64,000 nucleotides of DNA, from positions 91,127,978 through 91,191,977 of the forward strand of contig NC_057719.1 of the NCBI RefSeq assembly GCF_004010195.1, written 5' to 3'. Numbering within the stretch: position 1 is the stretch's first letter; each line of letters opens with the position of its first letter. The position numbers were made by a program, and so were the translations under genes. Under the pieces are notes generated by a model, which was given only the letters and a program-made list of their open reading frames with translations, made no database searches and was not told the origin of the DNA. Shown here piece by piece: positions 25,501-40,149 of this stretch. Source of the DNA: Chiloscyllium plagiosum. Its lineage: Eukaryota.

Positions 25501-25849
25501 GGTATGATGTGAAGAGAACATCCCTTTACTTTTCTGTATTGTTAACTATAGACATAAAGGGTAAAAAGACTGCTTAAAGAATCAAGTGTTGTTCAAGGAG
25601 AACTATACTTTTTCGAAGCAAGTTACCATTTATGCATTCTAAATGTTTTTAAACTACTGGGTAGTGTGGGGGTTGGAGAAGGGGGCAGACAAGGAAGGTA
25701 GTGGGATGCTGATGACAAACTGCAGTCAAGGGGTGTGTACAAATTGAGTTTTGGCAGTCAACAAGTAGCTGATTGATCTGCCAAACAGTGAACAGCTATT
25801 CATGGCAAAAGACTTCCATCTGCCAACCATTACTTGACTCTCTCCCAGG

Positions 25850-26345
25850 TAGCCGGAGAACTTGGGAATGATAGCGTTTGCACCTGAATTATCGAATCTT
25901 CCTAAGAACAGGAGCTGTGCCTCTTCTTTGCAGTAGAGACCACCTTCAACCTGAAGAAGCTTGGTTTAGCTTTTCCTCTGCAGTTCCTGAAAGCTGTGGC
26001 TCTTAACTAGTAAGACAGAGAACTGTGTGAACAAGTCACCTTGTATCTTCTGCAAGCAAGTAACGGTATCTAGAGTTGGAAAATCAAGAAGCAGGACATC
26101 CTAAAAAACCAAATATACCTTATCATTGAATCCTGTGAAAAGGATCCATTGAAGTGCCTTCCCAGTCTTTGCCTTGACCGCCTCACACTTTATTTTTGCG
26201 CTGTGTGTGAGTGTTAAGGGGTTAGATATTAACTAGTTCAGCGATAGATCAACAGTTCACAATTGCTTATCTGTAGCTAGAATGTATTTATTCGTAATAA
26301 ATGTCATTCTTAAGTACAGAGACCTGGGCTATTTTTTTGTTAACC
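25850..26345 (+). mobile_element. Possible LTR remnant
   Basis: LTR-like composition with (tg)n and AATAAA near the end; termini and TSD not resolved. Confidence 0.3.
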
Positions 26346-26369
26346 CGATTCTAAAAGACAGAAAAGTTG

Positions 26370-26880
26370 GGAGGCAGTACAGAGGATGTAAGAACCCATG
26401 TACATGAATGGCACAATGTTAGCGTGCAGGTGCAGGTAAGTAACATTTATTAACGGTGACAGAACTTTTCCTGCGACTGAACTATGGTGTTGGTGCAATT
26501 TAGAGTCCTGCATAGTTTTGCTTTCCTTATTGAAGAAGGGATATACTTGCATTGAAAGCAATGCAGAGAAGTTTCACTAGTTTGATTCTTGGCACAGGGG
26601 GTTGATGAACGCACAAGGAAAGATTGGACAGTTTGGGCCGATTCTCATTGGAGTTTTGAAGAATGAGAGGTGATCCTATTGAAACAAAAAGATTTTCGGG
26701 GTCTCAGCAGGACAGATGCAGAAAGGATATTTCTACTCATGGAAAAAAATGGAATCTCAGTTTCAGACTAAGTGGTCTACCATTTAAGATGGAGCCAAGG
26801 AGGAATGCCCTATCTCAAATGTGTCGTTAATCTTTAAAATTCCCTATCCCAGAGAGCAGTGGAGGGTGTGTCAGGAATAA
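26370..26880 (+). mobile_element. Old CR1 LINE 3' part
   Basis: RRMRGDPIE-like motif and CR1 C-terminal remnants. Confidence 0.65.
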
Positions 26881-27017
26881 TTGGATACAATTAATTTTCC
26901 AGTATGAAGGCACTATAGGGATGCAAGTTGGTCAATTTATTTTTCCAAGTCTTTTAAATCTCTTCTTCATACTTATTTATGGTAAAGCATTCTAATGATA
27001 ATCCTTTGACCATACGT

Positions 27018-27344
27018 GGGCGGCACGGTGGCACAGTGGTTGGCACTGCTGCCTCATAGCGTCAGAGACCCGGGTTCAATTCCCGCCTCAGGCGACTGAC
27101 TGTGTGGAGTTTGCACGTTCTCCCAGTGTCTGCGTGGGTTTCCTCCGGGTGCTCCGGTTTCCTCCCACCATCCAAAGATGTGCAGGGTCAGGTGAATTGG
27201 CCATGCTAAATTGCCTGTAGTGTTAGGTAAGGGGTAAATGTAGGGGTATGGGTGGGTTTCGCTTCGGCGGGTCGGTGTGGACTTGTTGGGCCGAAGGGCC
27301 TGTTTCCACACTGTAATCTAATCTGTAAAATCTGTAATCTGTAA
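27018..27344 (+). mobile_element. HE1-type SINE, near intact
   Basis: Box A GGTGGCACAGTGG, box B GGTTCAATTCC, tail gggccgaagggcctgtttccacactgt followed by aatct repeats. Confidence 0.95.
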
Positions 27345-27598
27345 AGGTTGCTATTTCCAAACCAGTGGGAAATAACCTCAATATGCTCATTTTACTTAAA
27401 TGCTTTCATGACTGTGAGAACCTCAGGCAATCCTCTTTAGCCTCTTGTAATACAGTGAAAAAAGACAATTTCCCTTTGTAACTGAAACCTCATTCCGACC
27501 ATCATAGAACATAGAACTTCTATGTTCTATGTTCTATCATTCCAGTGACTCTTGGCTGCACCTTTCCATGACTCCAGTACTATTTCTGAAATGAAGTA

Positions 27599-28328
27599 CA
27601 GAGGAACCTCGATTATCCGAATACCAATTATCTGAAAATCGGATTAACCGAAGGAGATCTCAAGGTCCCGATGGAAACACTACATCAAAGACACGTTTCC
27701 AACAGTGATCGTGTCTTTTGTTCACAGTGATTAAACAGGCACCATCTCCAAATGACAAATTGCCCGCCCTCTCTCTCTCTCTCCCCACACTTTCCCTGGA
27801 GTTCTACACAGGGGTATACCCTAAACCCCCCCTTCCCCACATAATCCTCCAACACTGTCCTCTACAGGGCAAAGGTGGAACCTGTCAACAAGTTGCAGTA
27901 AAAAGTTGTGTGTATCGCTGTGGCTGTGTGTGTCGCTGTGGGTGTGTGTGTGTGTCACTGTGGGTGTGTGTGTGTGTCGCTGTGGGTGTGTGTGTGTCGC
28001 TGTGTGTGTGCGCTATTTGGAGACTTACCCCACAAAGGCAACTGCAGCAGACTTGCTGTTGGTGTCCAATCCAGCTGCCCTGGAGAGGGGGGCGTGTGTG
28101 TACGGGGTTGGGGGCGAGGGTGTGGTGTTGGACGGGGCCGTGGGCGTTGGGGGGGGCATTGTTGGGGACGGGGCCTCGCGTGCTGTGCTGCAGCAGTCTC
28201 CTGAACAAGGAGCAGAGTTGAAAAACTCCAAGCCCCAGAAGAAAGGCATTTAATCGATTAACCAAATAATCAATTATCCGAACGAAATAGTGCCCGCCCA
28301 TTGCGTTTGGATAATCGAGGTTCCCATG
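27599..28328. mobile_element. Tigger/Pogo-like (Tc1-mariner) non-autonomous MITE
   Basis: TIRs CAGAGGAACCTCGATTATCCGAA and CATGGGAACCTCGATTATCCAAA (reverse complement), TA on both sides, subterminal GATTATCCGAA-like repeats. Confidence 0.88.
27905..28012. repeat. (GT)n-based compound microsatellite inside the MITE
   Basis: Repeated gtgtgtgtcgctgtgg units. Confidence 0.9.
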
Positions 28329-28841
28329 TAATGGGAATGTGCAATAGCTGCACAAGTCATTAGTAAGGCCAAAAATTTATCACTGCTTCCTGCTTTGAAA
28401 TTCAAGCCCCATGCTCAAATCGCAGCTGTCTCATGTCATTTTTTCGCGTTTTCTCCATTTTAAATTCTGAGCACTTACACACCTGGATGCCTTTCTATAC
28501 ATTTTTGCATCTTTGGTGCAAAGTATTTAAGCTATTTTCTCATTAAGAAACATGTTTCATTTTCAGAAACATTTACATTTAAAGCTGAACTTTAGCATGT
28601 CAGTAGATTCGACCAAGGACAACATGGCAATGTTATTCCAATACATTTACACAAAATGGCAGAGACAGACAGACAGATGGGATGGGGTAAATTAGAATCA
28701 GTCCTTTCAATCTGTATGCAAAAAAAGGAAATAAGACATTTCTACATTTTTTGACTACACATGATTCTCAGACTAAATTTTCAACAGAACTCTCATCAGT
28801 GACCTATAGTAGTTAACAGTCTTATTGAATACTACAGTTCA

Positions 28842-29414
<573 letters not shown>

Positions 29415-29446
29415 CTACTATGCAACTATGTTATTTTTGTTATTTT

Positions 29447-29737
29447 AGATTAGATTAGATACCCTACAATATGGAAACAGGCCCTTTGGCCCAACAAGTT
29501 CACACCGACCCTCCAAAGAGCAACCCACCGAGACCTCTGACTAATGCACCTAATACTATGGGCAATTTAGAATGGCCAGTTCACCGGACCTGCACATCTT
29601 TAGATTGTGGAGCAAACGCACGCAGACACAGGGAGAACGTGCAAACTCCACACAGATAGTCACCCGAAGCTGGAATCGAACCCGGGTCCCTGGCGATGTA
29701 AGGCAGCAGTACTAACTACTGAGCCACCGTGCCACCC
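29447..29737 (-). mobile_element. HE1-type SINE
   Basis: Consensus head and tail; starts about 130 bp from the exon acceptor. Confidence 0.9.
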
Positions 29738-30024
29738 AAATCTACTTGCTAATTTCTTCCATTTAATCTGAATAATATGTGTGCTGCAAGAATATTATAG
29801 CTTCACAGGCAAAGAAACACAATGATATTAAAATTACTAACAAAACTTCACTAATAAACAACAGTGGTTGGAGAAGGATAGAGGGGGACCAAGAAGGCAG
29901 GCTACCGGCAACCTTTCATGGGCAATTACAGATGGGTAATGAATATGGCTTTACTTGTGATACACACACATCACCAGCAAACAAAAGGATAGAAAAAAAA
30001 ACGTTCATAAGCTACATAAGCTAA

Positions 30025-30705
30025 GAGGGGTCACAATACCCTGGGGGAGTAAAATTTGTTAATGCTCTTTGGGAAGGTTAAAATTAATTCAGCAGGGGGA
30101 TGGGAATCTAACCTATAGTTCCAATGTATAGGAGATTGAGAGTAGTAAGGTCAGAAGTGAGGTTTCAAGGTCGCAGAGTTCACCTGCAAGCAGGAAGGTA
30201 GTCTGAAGTGCCTCTTCTTCAACGCCAGGAACACCTGGAATAAGGTGGGTGAATTTGCAGAATGGGTTGGTATCTGGGACTTCGATGCTGTGGCCATTTC
30301 AGAGACATTGTTAGAGCAGGAACAGGAAATGTTGTAGCAGGTTCCAGGATATAGATCTTTCAGTAAGAACAGAGAAGATAGCAAAAGAAGAGGTGGTGTC
30401 GCATTGTTGGTCAATGACAGTATTATGGTAGCAGAAAGGACATTTGAGGACTCTTCTACTGAGGTAGTATGGGCTGAGGTTAGAAACAGAAAAGGAGGTC
30501 ACCCTGTTGGGAGTTTTCCACAGGCCTCCGAATAGTTCCAGAGATGTAGAGGATAGGATAGCAAAGATAATTCTGGATAGGAACAAGAGTAACAGGGTAG
30601 TTGTTGTGGGGTCTTTAACTTTCCAAATATTGACTGGGAATACTATAGTTCAAGTAGTTTAGATGGGTCAGTTTTTGTCCAATGTGTGCAGGATGGTTTC
30701 CTGAG
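30025..30705 (+). mobile_element. CR1 LINE endonuclease fragment
   Basis: CLFFNAR, WDFDAVAISET and FNFPNIDW motifs. Confidence 0.88.
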
Positions 30706-30914
30706 AGGGATAAATAGCTTCCACTTCTTCAAGGCCACAACAGCAACTGCCAAAAACTAACTAAAAATCCAAACCTGTCAAAAACAATGTAAAACAGTTA
30801 CAGAAGATAACTGGAGTTGAAGATTTTCAATATGTTGTTTTATATGTATTATGTTTCTGGTGGCCATTCTCATTCCTGTGAAAGTGACAAATCTACTTGT
30901 CACTGGATTAACAT

Positions 30915-31285
30915 AAAGGTTTATAAAATCATGAGGAGAATGGATAAGATAAATAGACAAAGTCTTTTCCCTGGGGTTGCGGAGTCCAGAACTAGAGGGC
31001 ATAGGTTTAGGTGAGAGGGGAAAGATTTAAAAGGGACCAAAGGGGCAACATTTTCACACAGAGGGTGGTGTGAGTATGGAATGAGCTGCCAGACGAAGTG
31101 GTTGAGGCTGGTACAAATGCAACATTTAAAAAGGCATCTGGATGGGTATTTGATTTAGAAGGGTTTGGAGGGATATGGGCCAGGTGCTGGCAAGTGTTAC
31201 TAGATTAGGTTGGGATACCTGGTCGGCATGGACAAGTTGGATTGAAGGGTCTGTTTCTGTGCTGTACATCTCTGTGACTCAATGA
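30915..31285 (+). mobile_element. CR1/HER1-like LINE 3' end
   Basis: VYKIMR...SRTRGHRF...WNELP. Confidence 0.9.
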
Positions 31286-32189
31286 TATGGAACAGGCAGG
31301 TATATAGAGTTAGGCTGCAGATTAGCCATGATCTCACTTAGTGAAGGAACATGTTTGTGGGATTGACCAGCCTACTTTTGTTCCTGTGGTGTAGTGGTAG
31401 TGCCCTAGTGCCCTACCTCTGAGTCAGGTTCAAGTCTCATCTGCACCAAAACGTGTACAATAATACCTCTGAACAGATTGATTCGAAAATAACCAATATG
31501 AAAGGATAACAGCACCCATTCAACTTTAGAAGTACTTAATTGAATATGAAACTCTTCGGGGCATTCCGAGATTGTGGATTTTGCAAGGCTTCATTTCTTT
31601 CGTATGTAGCAGTAGCCATAGGGGTAGTCTGCACGTCTTTGGTAGAGCAACTCTATATCAGCTCCATAATGTTCCAAAATTGGAAACTTCACTCAAATAC
31701 ATGGGACACTGTGGCATGTAGCCAGAATGACCAGAATGGCTCTAAAGGGAAAGAGGCCTAAATTCAGGCCTCTAACGTGTGACAAACATTGAAAATAAAA
31801 TTAAATGTATTGTTTTCTTTCCTTCATCTGTTCTGCCCCATTAGCTCTATGTACTAAATGGAAAACTACAGAACAAACCAGCTGTAATACCAAAGCGATC
31901 GGATTCTAAGCAAGATAATGCATTTATCTGCAGCTATTTCAATACTATTATAAGTTTATATTTATGATGAGACCTATAAAACTTAATTTTCTGCAACTGG
32001 ACAATGCAAAGGCTGTCCGAGGATATGATTTGTTGGAATAGCAACCAGCGATTAGCACAGTGCACCTGGGGATGAAAAGCAGCAGCGGAACCTCCCGACA
32101 AAAGCTTATGGAGTGAGGCCCAGATTGACCTCAGTCGGAGCAGCAACAAATGCTGAGCAGAGCAAACCTTAACAGGTTCATAGCTCTTT

Positions 32190-32735
32190 GAAGGTGGAGT
32201 CACAGGTTGACAGAGGAGCAAAGGTTTTTGGTACATTTCCCTTTATTGGTCAGTGCATTGATTGTAGGAGTTAGGAGGTCATGTTGCAACTGTACAGGAC
32301 ACTTGTTAGGCCACATTCTGGTCTCCCTGACATAGGAGGATGTTGTGAAACTTGAAAGGGTTCAGAAACGATGCACAGGGATATTGCCAGGGTTGGAGGG
32401 TTTGAACTATAGGGAGCAGCTGAATAGGTTGAATCTTTTTCCACTGGAGTGTTGCATGCTGAGAGGTAACCTTATAGAAGTTTATAAAATCATGAGGGGT
32501 ATGGATAGGGAAATAGACAAGGTCATCTCCCTCCGGTAGGGGAGTCCTAAACTAGATGGCATAAGATATAAAAGGGACCTAAGGGGCAAGTTTTTCATGC
32601 AGAGGGTGGTTGTGTATGGAATGAGCTGCCAGAAGTAGTGATGGAGGCTGATACAATTAAAAGGCATGTGAGGGTACATGAATAGAAAGGGTTGAGAGTC
32701 AAATCCTGGCAAATGGGACTAGATTAATTTAGGAT
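32190..32735 (+). mobile_element. CR1/HER1-like LINE 3' part
   Basis: KLERVQKR...LRGNLIEVYKIMRG. Confidence 0.88.
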
Positions 32736-32754
32736 GTTAAGCACTGAGCCACCT

Positions 32755-33255
32755 GAGGGTGGCACAGTGGCTAGCACTGCTGCCTCACAGCGCCAGGGAC
32801 CTGGGTTCGATTCCAGCCTTGAGCGACTGTGTGGAGTTTGGAGAAAGTGAGGTCTGCAGATGCTGGAGATCAGAGTAGAGTGTGTGTTGCTGGATAACCA
32901 CAGCAGGTTAGGCAGCATCCGAGGAGCAGGAGAATCAACGGAGCCCTTCATCAGGACTCAGTCGGTCCTCGTGGATGGAGATGGAGGGGTCTAGGAAAGG
33001 GAGGAGGTGTCAGAGATGGTCCAGGTGAATTTGAGGTTGGGGTGGAATGTGTCGAGAAATTGATGAACTGTTCAACCTCCTCGTGGAAGCATGAGGTGGC
33101 GCCGATGCAGTCACCAATGTAGCAGCGGAAGAGGTGGGGAGTGGTGCCAGTGTTTGCACATTCTCCCCTCGTCTGCGTGGGTTTCCTCCAGTTTCCTCCC
33201 ACAATCCAAACATGTGCAGGCTAGGTGGATTGGCCATGCTAAATTATCCCATAGT
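32755..33255 (+). mobile_element. HE1-type SINE split by a Penelope-like insertion (about 32841-33151)
   Basis: SINE halves join at gtggagtttg|cacattctcc. The insert has a PLE terminal repeat plus a minus-strand RT piece PHLFRCYIGDCIGATSC...EQFINF (mutated YIDD). Confidence 0.85.
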
Positions 33256-33732
33256 GTTCAGGTTTCAAAGGAAGGATGTTCCTGGTGACTGCAAACCAGA
33301 ACTAGGGTTTTCAGTCTAAAAGATATAGGTCAGGCCATTTAGAACTGAAAGGAGGAGATTTGTCTTCACCCAGAGAGCAATAAGTCTGTGAAAATCTCTA
33401 TCACAGAAGGCAGTTGAGGGCAAAATATTGGATGTTATCAGGAAGGAGTTAGATAACATTCTTAAGCTAAGGGGATCATAGAGCATAAAGTCTGGCCAAT
33501 GTAGAGAGCTGGATAATCAGCTATTATCAAATGGCCTACATCTGCTCCTATTTTCTATGCTTCATGTAAGATTAGTGATTTTCTTTTTAATGACCGCCAT
33601 AAGAAACAAGTTTCCAATTAATAGATGAGCAGTGCTAAGCATAAATAATTTTCTTGCGTTCTCTTCCTTCAGTAAAAAGTGAATATACTGATGGAAAAAT
33701 AGATAAGCCAAAGTTGAATAAAAAGACACTTA

Positions 33733-33969
<237 letters not shown>

Positions 33970-35054
33970 TTACTGTATTTGCCACAAACACCACTAATTG
34001 TAAGTGTAGACATTAAAGAGTATTTTACAGTCTGTTTTGTCTATCACCCCTTATGTTTCATGATGTTATCCTTTCTCTTTTCACTGTTAACTATCCAACT
34101 ACTTAGTCAGTGTTTTATTAGTTACTTGTACAGCTGATTTTAACAGACATCTTTTGGGTGAATCATTAAACTGAAATCCTACACATCTTCTCAGGTGGAT
34201 TAAAAGAGTCACAGTTGGTTCAGCTGTAACACGTGTTTCTTCAACACAAATAGGCTACAACACAATTGAAGAATTGACACTATTATTTGTAGAACTCAAG
34301 CTTTCCTTACCTGTTATAGCACGATTACGGTCCCTTTGGTTTAAATTGTACTGTTATTACATGATTTCTTATAAAGCAAGATCGCACAGGAACAAAACTA
34401 CTGTGTTATATCGCAATAGACTGTACTTGAATTTGTATGGCATATTGGCACATTATTTATGGGAAACACCCACAAGGTACTTAACAACAGTCACAGAAAG
34501 AGAAGTCAGGACAGAGGACGAAAAGCTTGATCAAAGACTCTGGTTTCAGGAGCATCTTAACAGAAGAGACACAGCCAGAAAAGTGAAAAAGTTCATGGAG
34601 AGGATTCCAGAGGTTTGGGCCAAGCTTCTCCTTTTTTTCTCCAAATCCCTGACTGGCTTGCCCTCCCTATCATTTAATCTCCTTTGGCTTTCAACCCTTC
34701 AAGGCATTTATTCTTTTGTGCATCCTCAATTTTAATCACTCCACAATTGGCAGCTGAACTTTCAGTTGTTCAAACCTCACACTCTGGAATTCAGAGCATG
34801 AGCAGGAAGTGGCATTGATACAATTGTTGATGTATTGGATAAATAGGTAAGTAAAGAGACCTGATTAGGACAGGAACAAAGGGAAGTTGTTCAATGTGAA
34901 AAGACTTTCAGTTTCTCCTTTAATTACACTTCCTTCCTCCAAGTAAAAGATGAGTATATGGCAACATTTTCAGCTTTGCCTGCCATGTTTTGGGTTGAGG
35001 GGAATATTCCCTGTTTATCAAAAAAGTTAATTGTTACTGTCAAATAAATCTCAT

Positions 35055-35935
35055 TCACAGATGATACAAACATGGGTGGGATGCTAAGTAGTGAGGAGAA
35101 TAGCCTTAAGACTACAATAGGACGTAGACAGGCTGTTCAGATGGGCCATCAGTGGCAAATCAAATTCAATCTGGATAAATGTGTGGTGATGCACTTGGGC
35201 AGGACAATCAAGGCAAGGGAATAAATGATGAATGGTAGGACCCTGGGAAGCACAAAAGATCACAGCAACCCTGGCGTGCATGTACACCGGTCCCTTATGG
35301 CATCAGGACGAGTGGATAAAGTGGTTAAGATGACACATTCATTGCATAGAGTTTAAAACCAGGGAGGTTAGGCTAGAGCTGTATAAAATGTTGGTCAGGT
35401 CACAAGAAATCCCCACTACAGGACGGATATAACAGCACTGGAGAGGCTGCAGAGGAGATTTACCACAATGTTGCCTGGGCTAGAGAGTTTCAGTTATGAA
35501 GACAGATTGGGGTTGTTTTCCATCAAGCAGAAGAAATTGAGATGGGATATGATTGAGATGTATGACATTATCAGGGACATGGATAGCACATAATGGAAGA
35601 AAAGTTGCCCTTTGTTTGGGGGTTGGGGGGGGGGGGGGATAAATGATTGGGGGGCATGGATTTAAGGTAAAGGACAGAAGTTTAGAGAGAATGTGGGGAA
35701 AAGTGTTTTCATTCAGAGTATGGTATAACTCACTGCCTGTAAGGGTGGTAGAGGCAGAAACCCTTCATATTTAAATCATATTTAGATATACACTTACAAT
35801 GCCAAGGCATACAAGGCTTTGGGCCAACTGCTGGAAAATGGGATTAGGATTGTTAAGTGGTTATTTCTGACCAGTGCAGATACAACAGGCCAAAAGTCCT
35901 CTTTCGGTACTGTAGATTTCTCAGATTCCATGATT
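35055..35935 (+). mobile_element. CR1 LINE RT 3' part
   Basis: FTDDT, FNLDKCVVMHLG and LERLQRRFT motifs. Confidence 0.85.
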
Positions 35936-36579
35936 TCTCTGACTTCTAATGTTTATCCAGTGTGATTATTCTTAAACTGCAGTTTTAGCCTCAATGCAAC
36001 TCAGCTGGATGCAAATTTAAATTAAAATTCATCCATTAAAACAAAATATTCATTCAATTAAAAAAGCATGAATATTTTCTAATATGCATAATTGATCTGA
36101 AATTCAGTCTTTTGGAGAATCAGCGATAAATCTGTGTTAGATGAAGCCAAAAGCCACTTATGTCACTATGTTAGAAATGCTACTAAAGCAAAACTGTTTC
36201 TTTTATTAAGGAATAAACAGTTATATTTTAAGTACAGGTATTACAGCTAAAATTATAACAAAATTAAAAGTTTAGCAACATGACCCATATTCATAAAAAT
36301 CATCTTCGTCAATCACAAATTTAAGTTGGTTAATGAAGGATAGTGAAGAGAACAACTTATGTCTTGAGCAATTACTTAATGCTCAGTTTGCCAATGGGGT
36401 TCCTCAAATTAGACCAAATGAAAACATAATACCTGCCTTTCAGTTAAAGTAGATGTATTTCTTTTCATTAACTAATAGTTGAAGTAAGTCAGTCACATCA
36501 GGCAAGCTTCTCTTCTTTTGTACTTTCTGATAAGGGGACGAGCATGGATGGCAGTGCAGGGTGAGCAATGTTCCAGAAA

Positions 36580-39500
36580 TATGGATAATTGGAGCTCATT
36601 CGAGGGAAGGTGGGGCCTCTACAAACAGGACGGTCTTCACTTGAACCAGAGGGATACTAATATCCTGGGTGGGAAATTTGCTAGTGCTATGCGAGTGGGT
36701 TTAAACTAGCTCAGCAGGGGAATGGGAACTTGTGGTATAGTTCGAGTGCACAGGGAGGACATGGACAGGATTTCACGGTCACAGGAGCATACTGGCAGAC
36801 AGCAAGCTGGTTTGAAGTCTACTTCAATGTCAGGAGTATCTGGAATAAGGTAGGTGAGCTTGCAGCGTGGATAGGTACCTGGAACTTCAACGTTGTGGCC
36901 ATTTCGGAGACATGGATAAAGCAGGGTCAGGAACGGATGATGCAAGTTCCAGGGTTTAGATCTTTCATTAAGATCAGGGAAGGTGATACAACAGTAGGTG
37001 TGACTTTGTTAGTCAAGGATGGTATAACGGTGGCTGAAAGATCTTTTGACGAGGACTCGTCTACTAAGGTAGTATGGGCTGAGGTTAGAAACAGAAGAGA
37101 GATCACATTGCTGGGGTTTGTTTTTTAATAGGTTTCCGCAGAGTTCCAGGGATGTGGAGGAAAGGATCGGCAAAATGATTCTGGGTAAGAGTGAAAGGAA
37201 CAAGGTGGTCATTAGGGGGTCTTTAACTTCCCCAACATTGACTGGAAATGCAATAACTCTAATATGTCAGATGGATCAGTTTTTGTCCAATGTGCGCAGG
37301 AGGGCTTCCTGACACAGTATGTTGAAGAGCCAACAAGAGGGGAAGCCACACTGGATCTGGTACTTGGTAATGAACCATGCCAGGCATTTGCTTTAGTGGT
37401 AGGTGAGCACTTTGGACAGAGTGACCATAATGCAGTTACATTTAGTTTAGCAATGGAAAGGGATAGGTACATGCCACAGGGCAACAGTTATAGATGGGGA
37501 AAGGGTATTTATAATTTGATTAGGCAAGACTTAGGAGGCATAGAATGGGGTAGCAAAATGCAGGGGATGGGGACAATCAAAATGTTGATTGCATGTCCTT
37601 GATAGGTATGTCCCTGTCAGGCAGGGAGACAGGGATAAGGTAAGGGAACCGTGGATTACTAAAGGAATTGTATCTCATGTTAAGATGAAGAGGGAGGCTT
37701 ATGTGACGTTGAGACAAGATGGTTCAGATGAGGCGATAGAGAGTTACAGATTAGCTAGGAAGGATTTAAAGAGAGTTAATAAGAGCAAGGAGGTGGCATG
37801 AGGGGACTCTAGAATAAAGGGGAACTCAAAGCTTTCTATAGGTATGTGAGGAATAAAAGGATGACGAGGGTAGGAATAGGACCAGTCAAAGACAGTTGTG
37901 AGAAGTTGTGTCTGGAGATCGGAGAGGTGCTTAGCAAATATTTCGCATCTGTTTTCACTCAGGAAAAGAATGTTGTACAGGAGAAGACTGAGATACGGGC
38001 TATTGGACTAGAAAGGATTGAGGTTAGTAACGAGGAGGTGTTATCAATTCTAGAAGGTGTGAAAGTAGATAAGTCCCCTGGGCCAGGTGGGATTTGTCTG
38101 AGGACTTTCTGGGAAGCTAGGGAGGAAATGGCAGAACCTTTGGCCTTGATCTTTGAGTTGTCATCGTCTACAGGTTTAGTACCAGAGGAATGGTGGATGG
38201 CAAATGCTGTGCCCTTGTTCAAGAAGGGCAGTAGAAATGTACCAGATAATTATAGACCAGCGAGCCTTACATTTGTTGTAGGAAGAGTTTTGGAAAGGAT
38301 TACAAGAGATAGGATTTATATTCATCTAGCAAGCAGCAATTTGATTAGAGATAGTCAACATGGTATCGTTAAGGGCAGGTCGTGTCTCACAAACCTGAGT
38401 TTTTTTAGAAGGTGACCAAGCATGTGGATGAGGGTAGGGAAGTTGACGTGTGTATATGGACTTCAGTAAAGCCTTTGATAAGGTTCCACATGGTAGACTT
38501 TTGGAGATAATACAAAGACATGGGATTTTAGGGTGATTTAGCCATTTGGATTAGAAACTGGGCTTTCTGTAATAAGACAGCGAGTAGTGGTTGTTGAAAA
38601 ATATTCAGCCTGGCGTCTGGTTCCTAGTGGTATGCCACAAGAATCTGTTTTCAGACCCTGCTGTTTGTCATTTTTATAAATGAGTAAGACACAGGCATAG
38701 GTGGATGGGTAAGTAAGTTTGCAGATGACACTGAAGTCAGTGGAGTGGTGGAGAGTGTGCAAGAATGTTGCAGGGGGACTTGGATAAACTGCAGAATTGG
38801 GCTGAGAGGTGGCAAATGGAGTTCAATGCAGCTAAATGGGAGGTGATTCACTTTGGGAAGAATAACAGGAAGGCAGAATACTAGATCATTGGAAAAATTG
38901 TTGGTAGTGTGGATGTGCAGAGCAATCTTGGTGTCCATGTACATTGATCTCTAAAAGTTGCCACCCAAGTTGATAGTGCTATTAAGAAAGCATATGGTGT
39001 GTTAGGTTTTACTGATAGAGGGATTGAGTTCCAGAGCAGTGATGTCATGTTGCAATTGTACAAAACGCCAGTGCAGCCACACTTGGAATATTGTGTACAG
39101 TTCTGGTCACCCCATTCCAGGAAGGATGTGGAAGCATTGGAAAATGTGCACAGGAGATTTACCAGGATGCTGCCTGATCTGGAGGGAAGGTCTTATGAGG
39201 AAAGTCTGAGAGACTTAGAGAGAAGGTGGCTAAGAGGGGATTTAATAGAGACATGCAAGCTGATCAGAGGATTAGATAGGGTGGACAGTGACAGTAGTTT
39301 TCTTAGGATGATGACGTCGGCTTGTAAGAGGGAGCATAGCTGCAAATTGAGGGGTGATAGATTTAAGACAGATGTCAGAGGCAGGTTCTTTACGCAGAGA
39401 GTGGTAAGGGCGTGGAATGCCCTGCCTGCCAATGTAGTTAACTCAGCCACATTAGGGGCATTTAAACAGTCTTTGAATAAGCATATGGATGATGACGGGG

Positions 39501-39592
39501 ATAGTGTGGGGTGATGGGCTTAGATTAGCTCACAGGTCGGCGCAACATCGAGGGCCGAAGGACCTATGCTGCTCTGTATTATTCTATGTTTG
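36580..39592 (+). mobile_element. Near full-length ORF2 CR1 LINE (ORF1 end, endonuclease, RT, 3' tail), frameshifted
   Basis: DGLHLN, YFNVRSI, SDHNAV, KSPGP, KFADDT, LEYCVQFWSP and FFTQRVVRAWNALP; same family as 12787-15930. Confidence 0.96.
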
Positions 39593-39639
39593 ATAATGAG
39601 TAAAGTCATTCACATCAAACAACTTTCCTCACAATGCCT

Positions 39640-39928
39640 TTAGATTAGATTTTTAGATTAGATTACTTACAGTGTGGAAACAGGCCCTTCGGCCCAACAA
39701 GTCCACACCGACCCTCCAAAGAGCAACCCCTACCTTTACCCCTTCACCTAACACTACGGGCAATTTAGCATGGCCAATTCACCTACCCTGCACATTTTTG
39801 GACTGTGGGAGGAAACCGGAGCACCCGGAGGAAACCCACGCAGACATGGGGAGAATGTGCAAACTCCACACAGACAGTTGCCTGAGGCGGGAATTGAACC
39901 CGGCTAACCACTGTGCCACCGTGCCGCT
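39640..39928 (-). mobile_element. HE1-type SINE
   Basis: Consensus match with (TCTAA)n tail. Confidence 0.92.
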
Positions 39929-40149
39929 CATATTGACTGAAATTCTCTTTTGGAATTAATCACAGGGAAATCATAGAAAATGCTGTTTTATAACAAAAGG
40001 TTATCAAGCAATATTTTATTAAGCCTCTGGTTTACCACAACTATTGTATCTTCCTGTTCTTAAAGTGCGATGTATTTGGGAAGGATTCACAGGCTGTTTG
40101 AAAGACCGCAGTGAACACATGGTTCAGGTGGTTACAGAGACTGAACGAG

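Noticed and set aside
27018..27090. tRNA-like box A/B sequence
   Set aside because: Head of a tRNA-derived SINE, not a tRNA gene.
27718..28355. Overlapping Cys/Val- and His/Thr-rich ORFs
   Set aside because: Artefacts of the (GT)n microsatellite and GC-rich MITE interior.
31540..31765. Minus-strand PFWSF...E*S peptide faintly like the N C-terminal PLLWSYAMG motif
   Set aside because: Only one short motif, not distinguishable from chance.
34274..34735. 153-aa ORF
   Set aside because: Antisense to TTBK2, runs through old repeat-like sequence and has no recognisable domain.
35615..35640. Long poly-G run
   Set aside because: Slippage expansion within a CR1 remnant.
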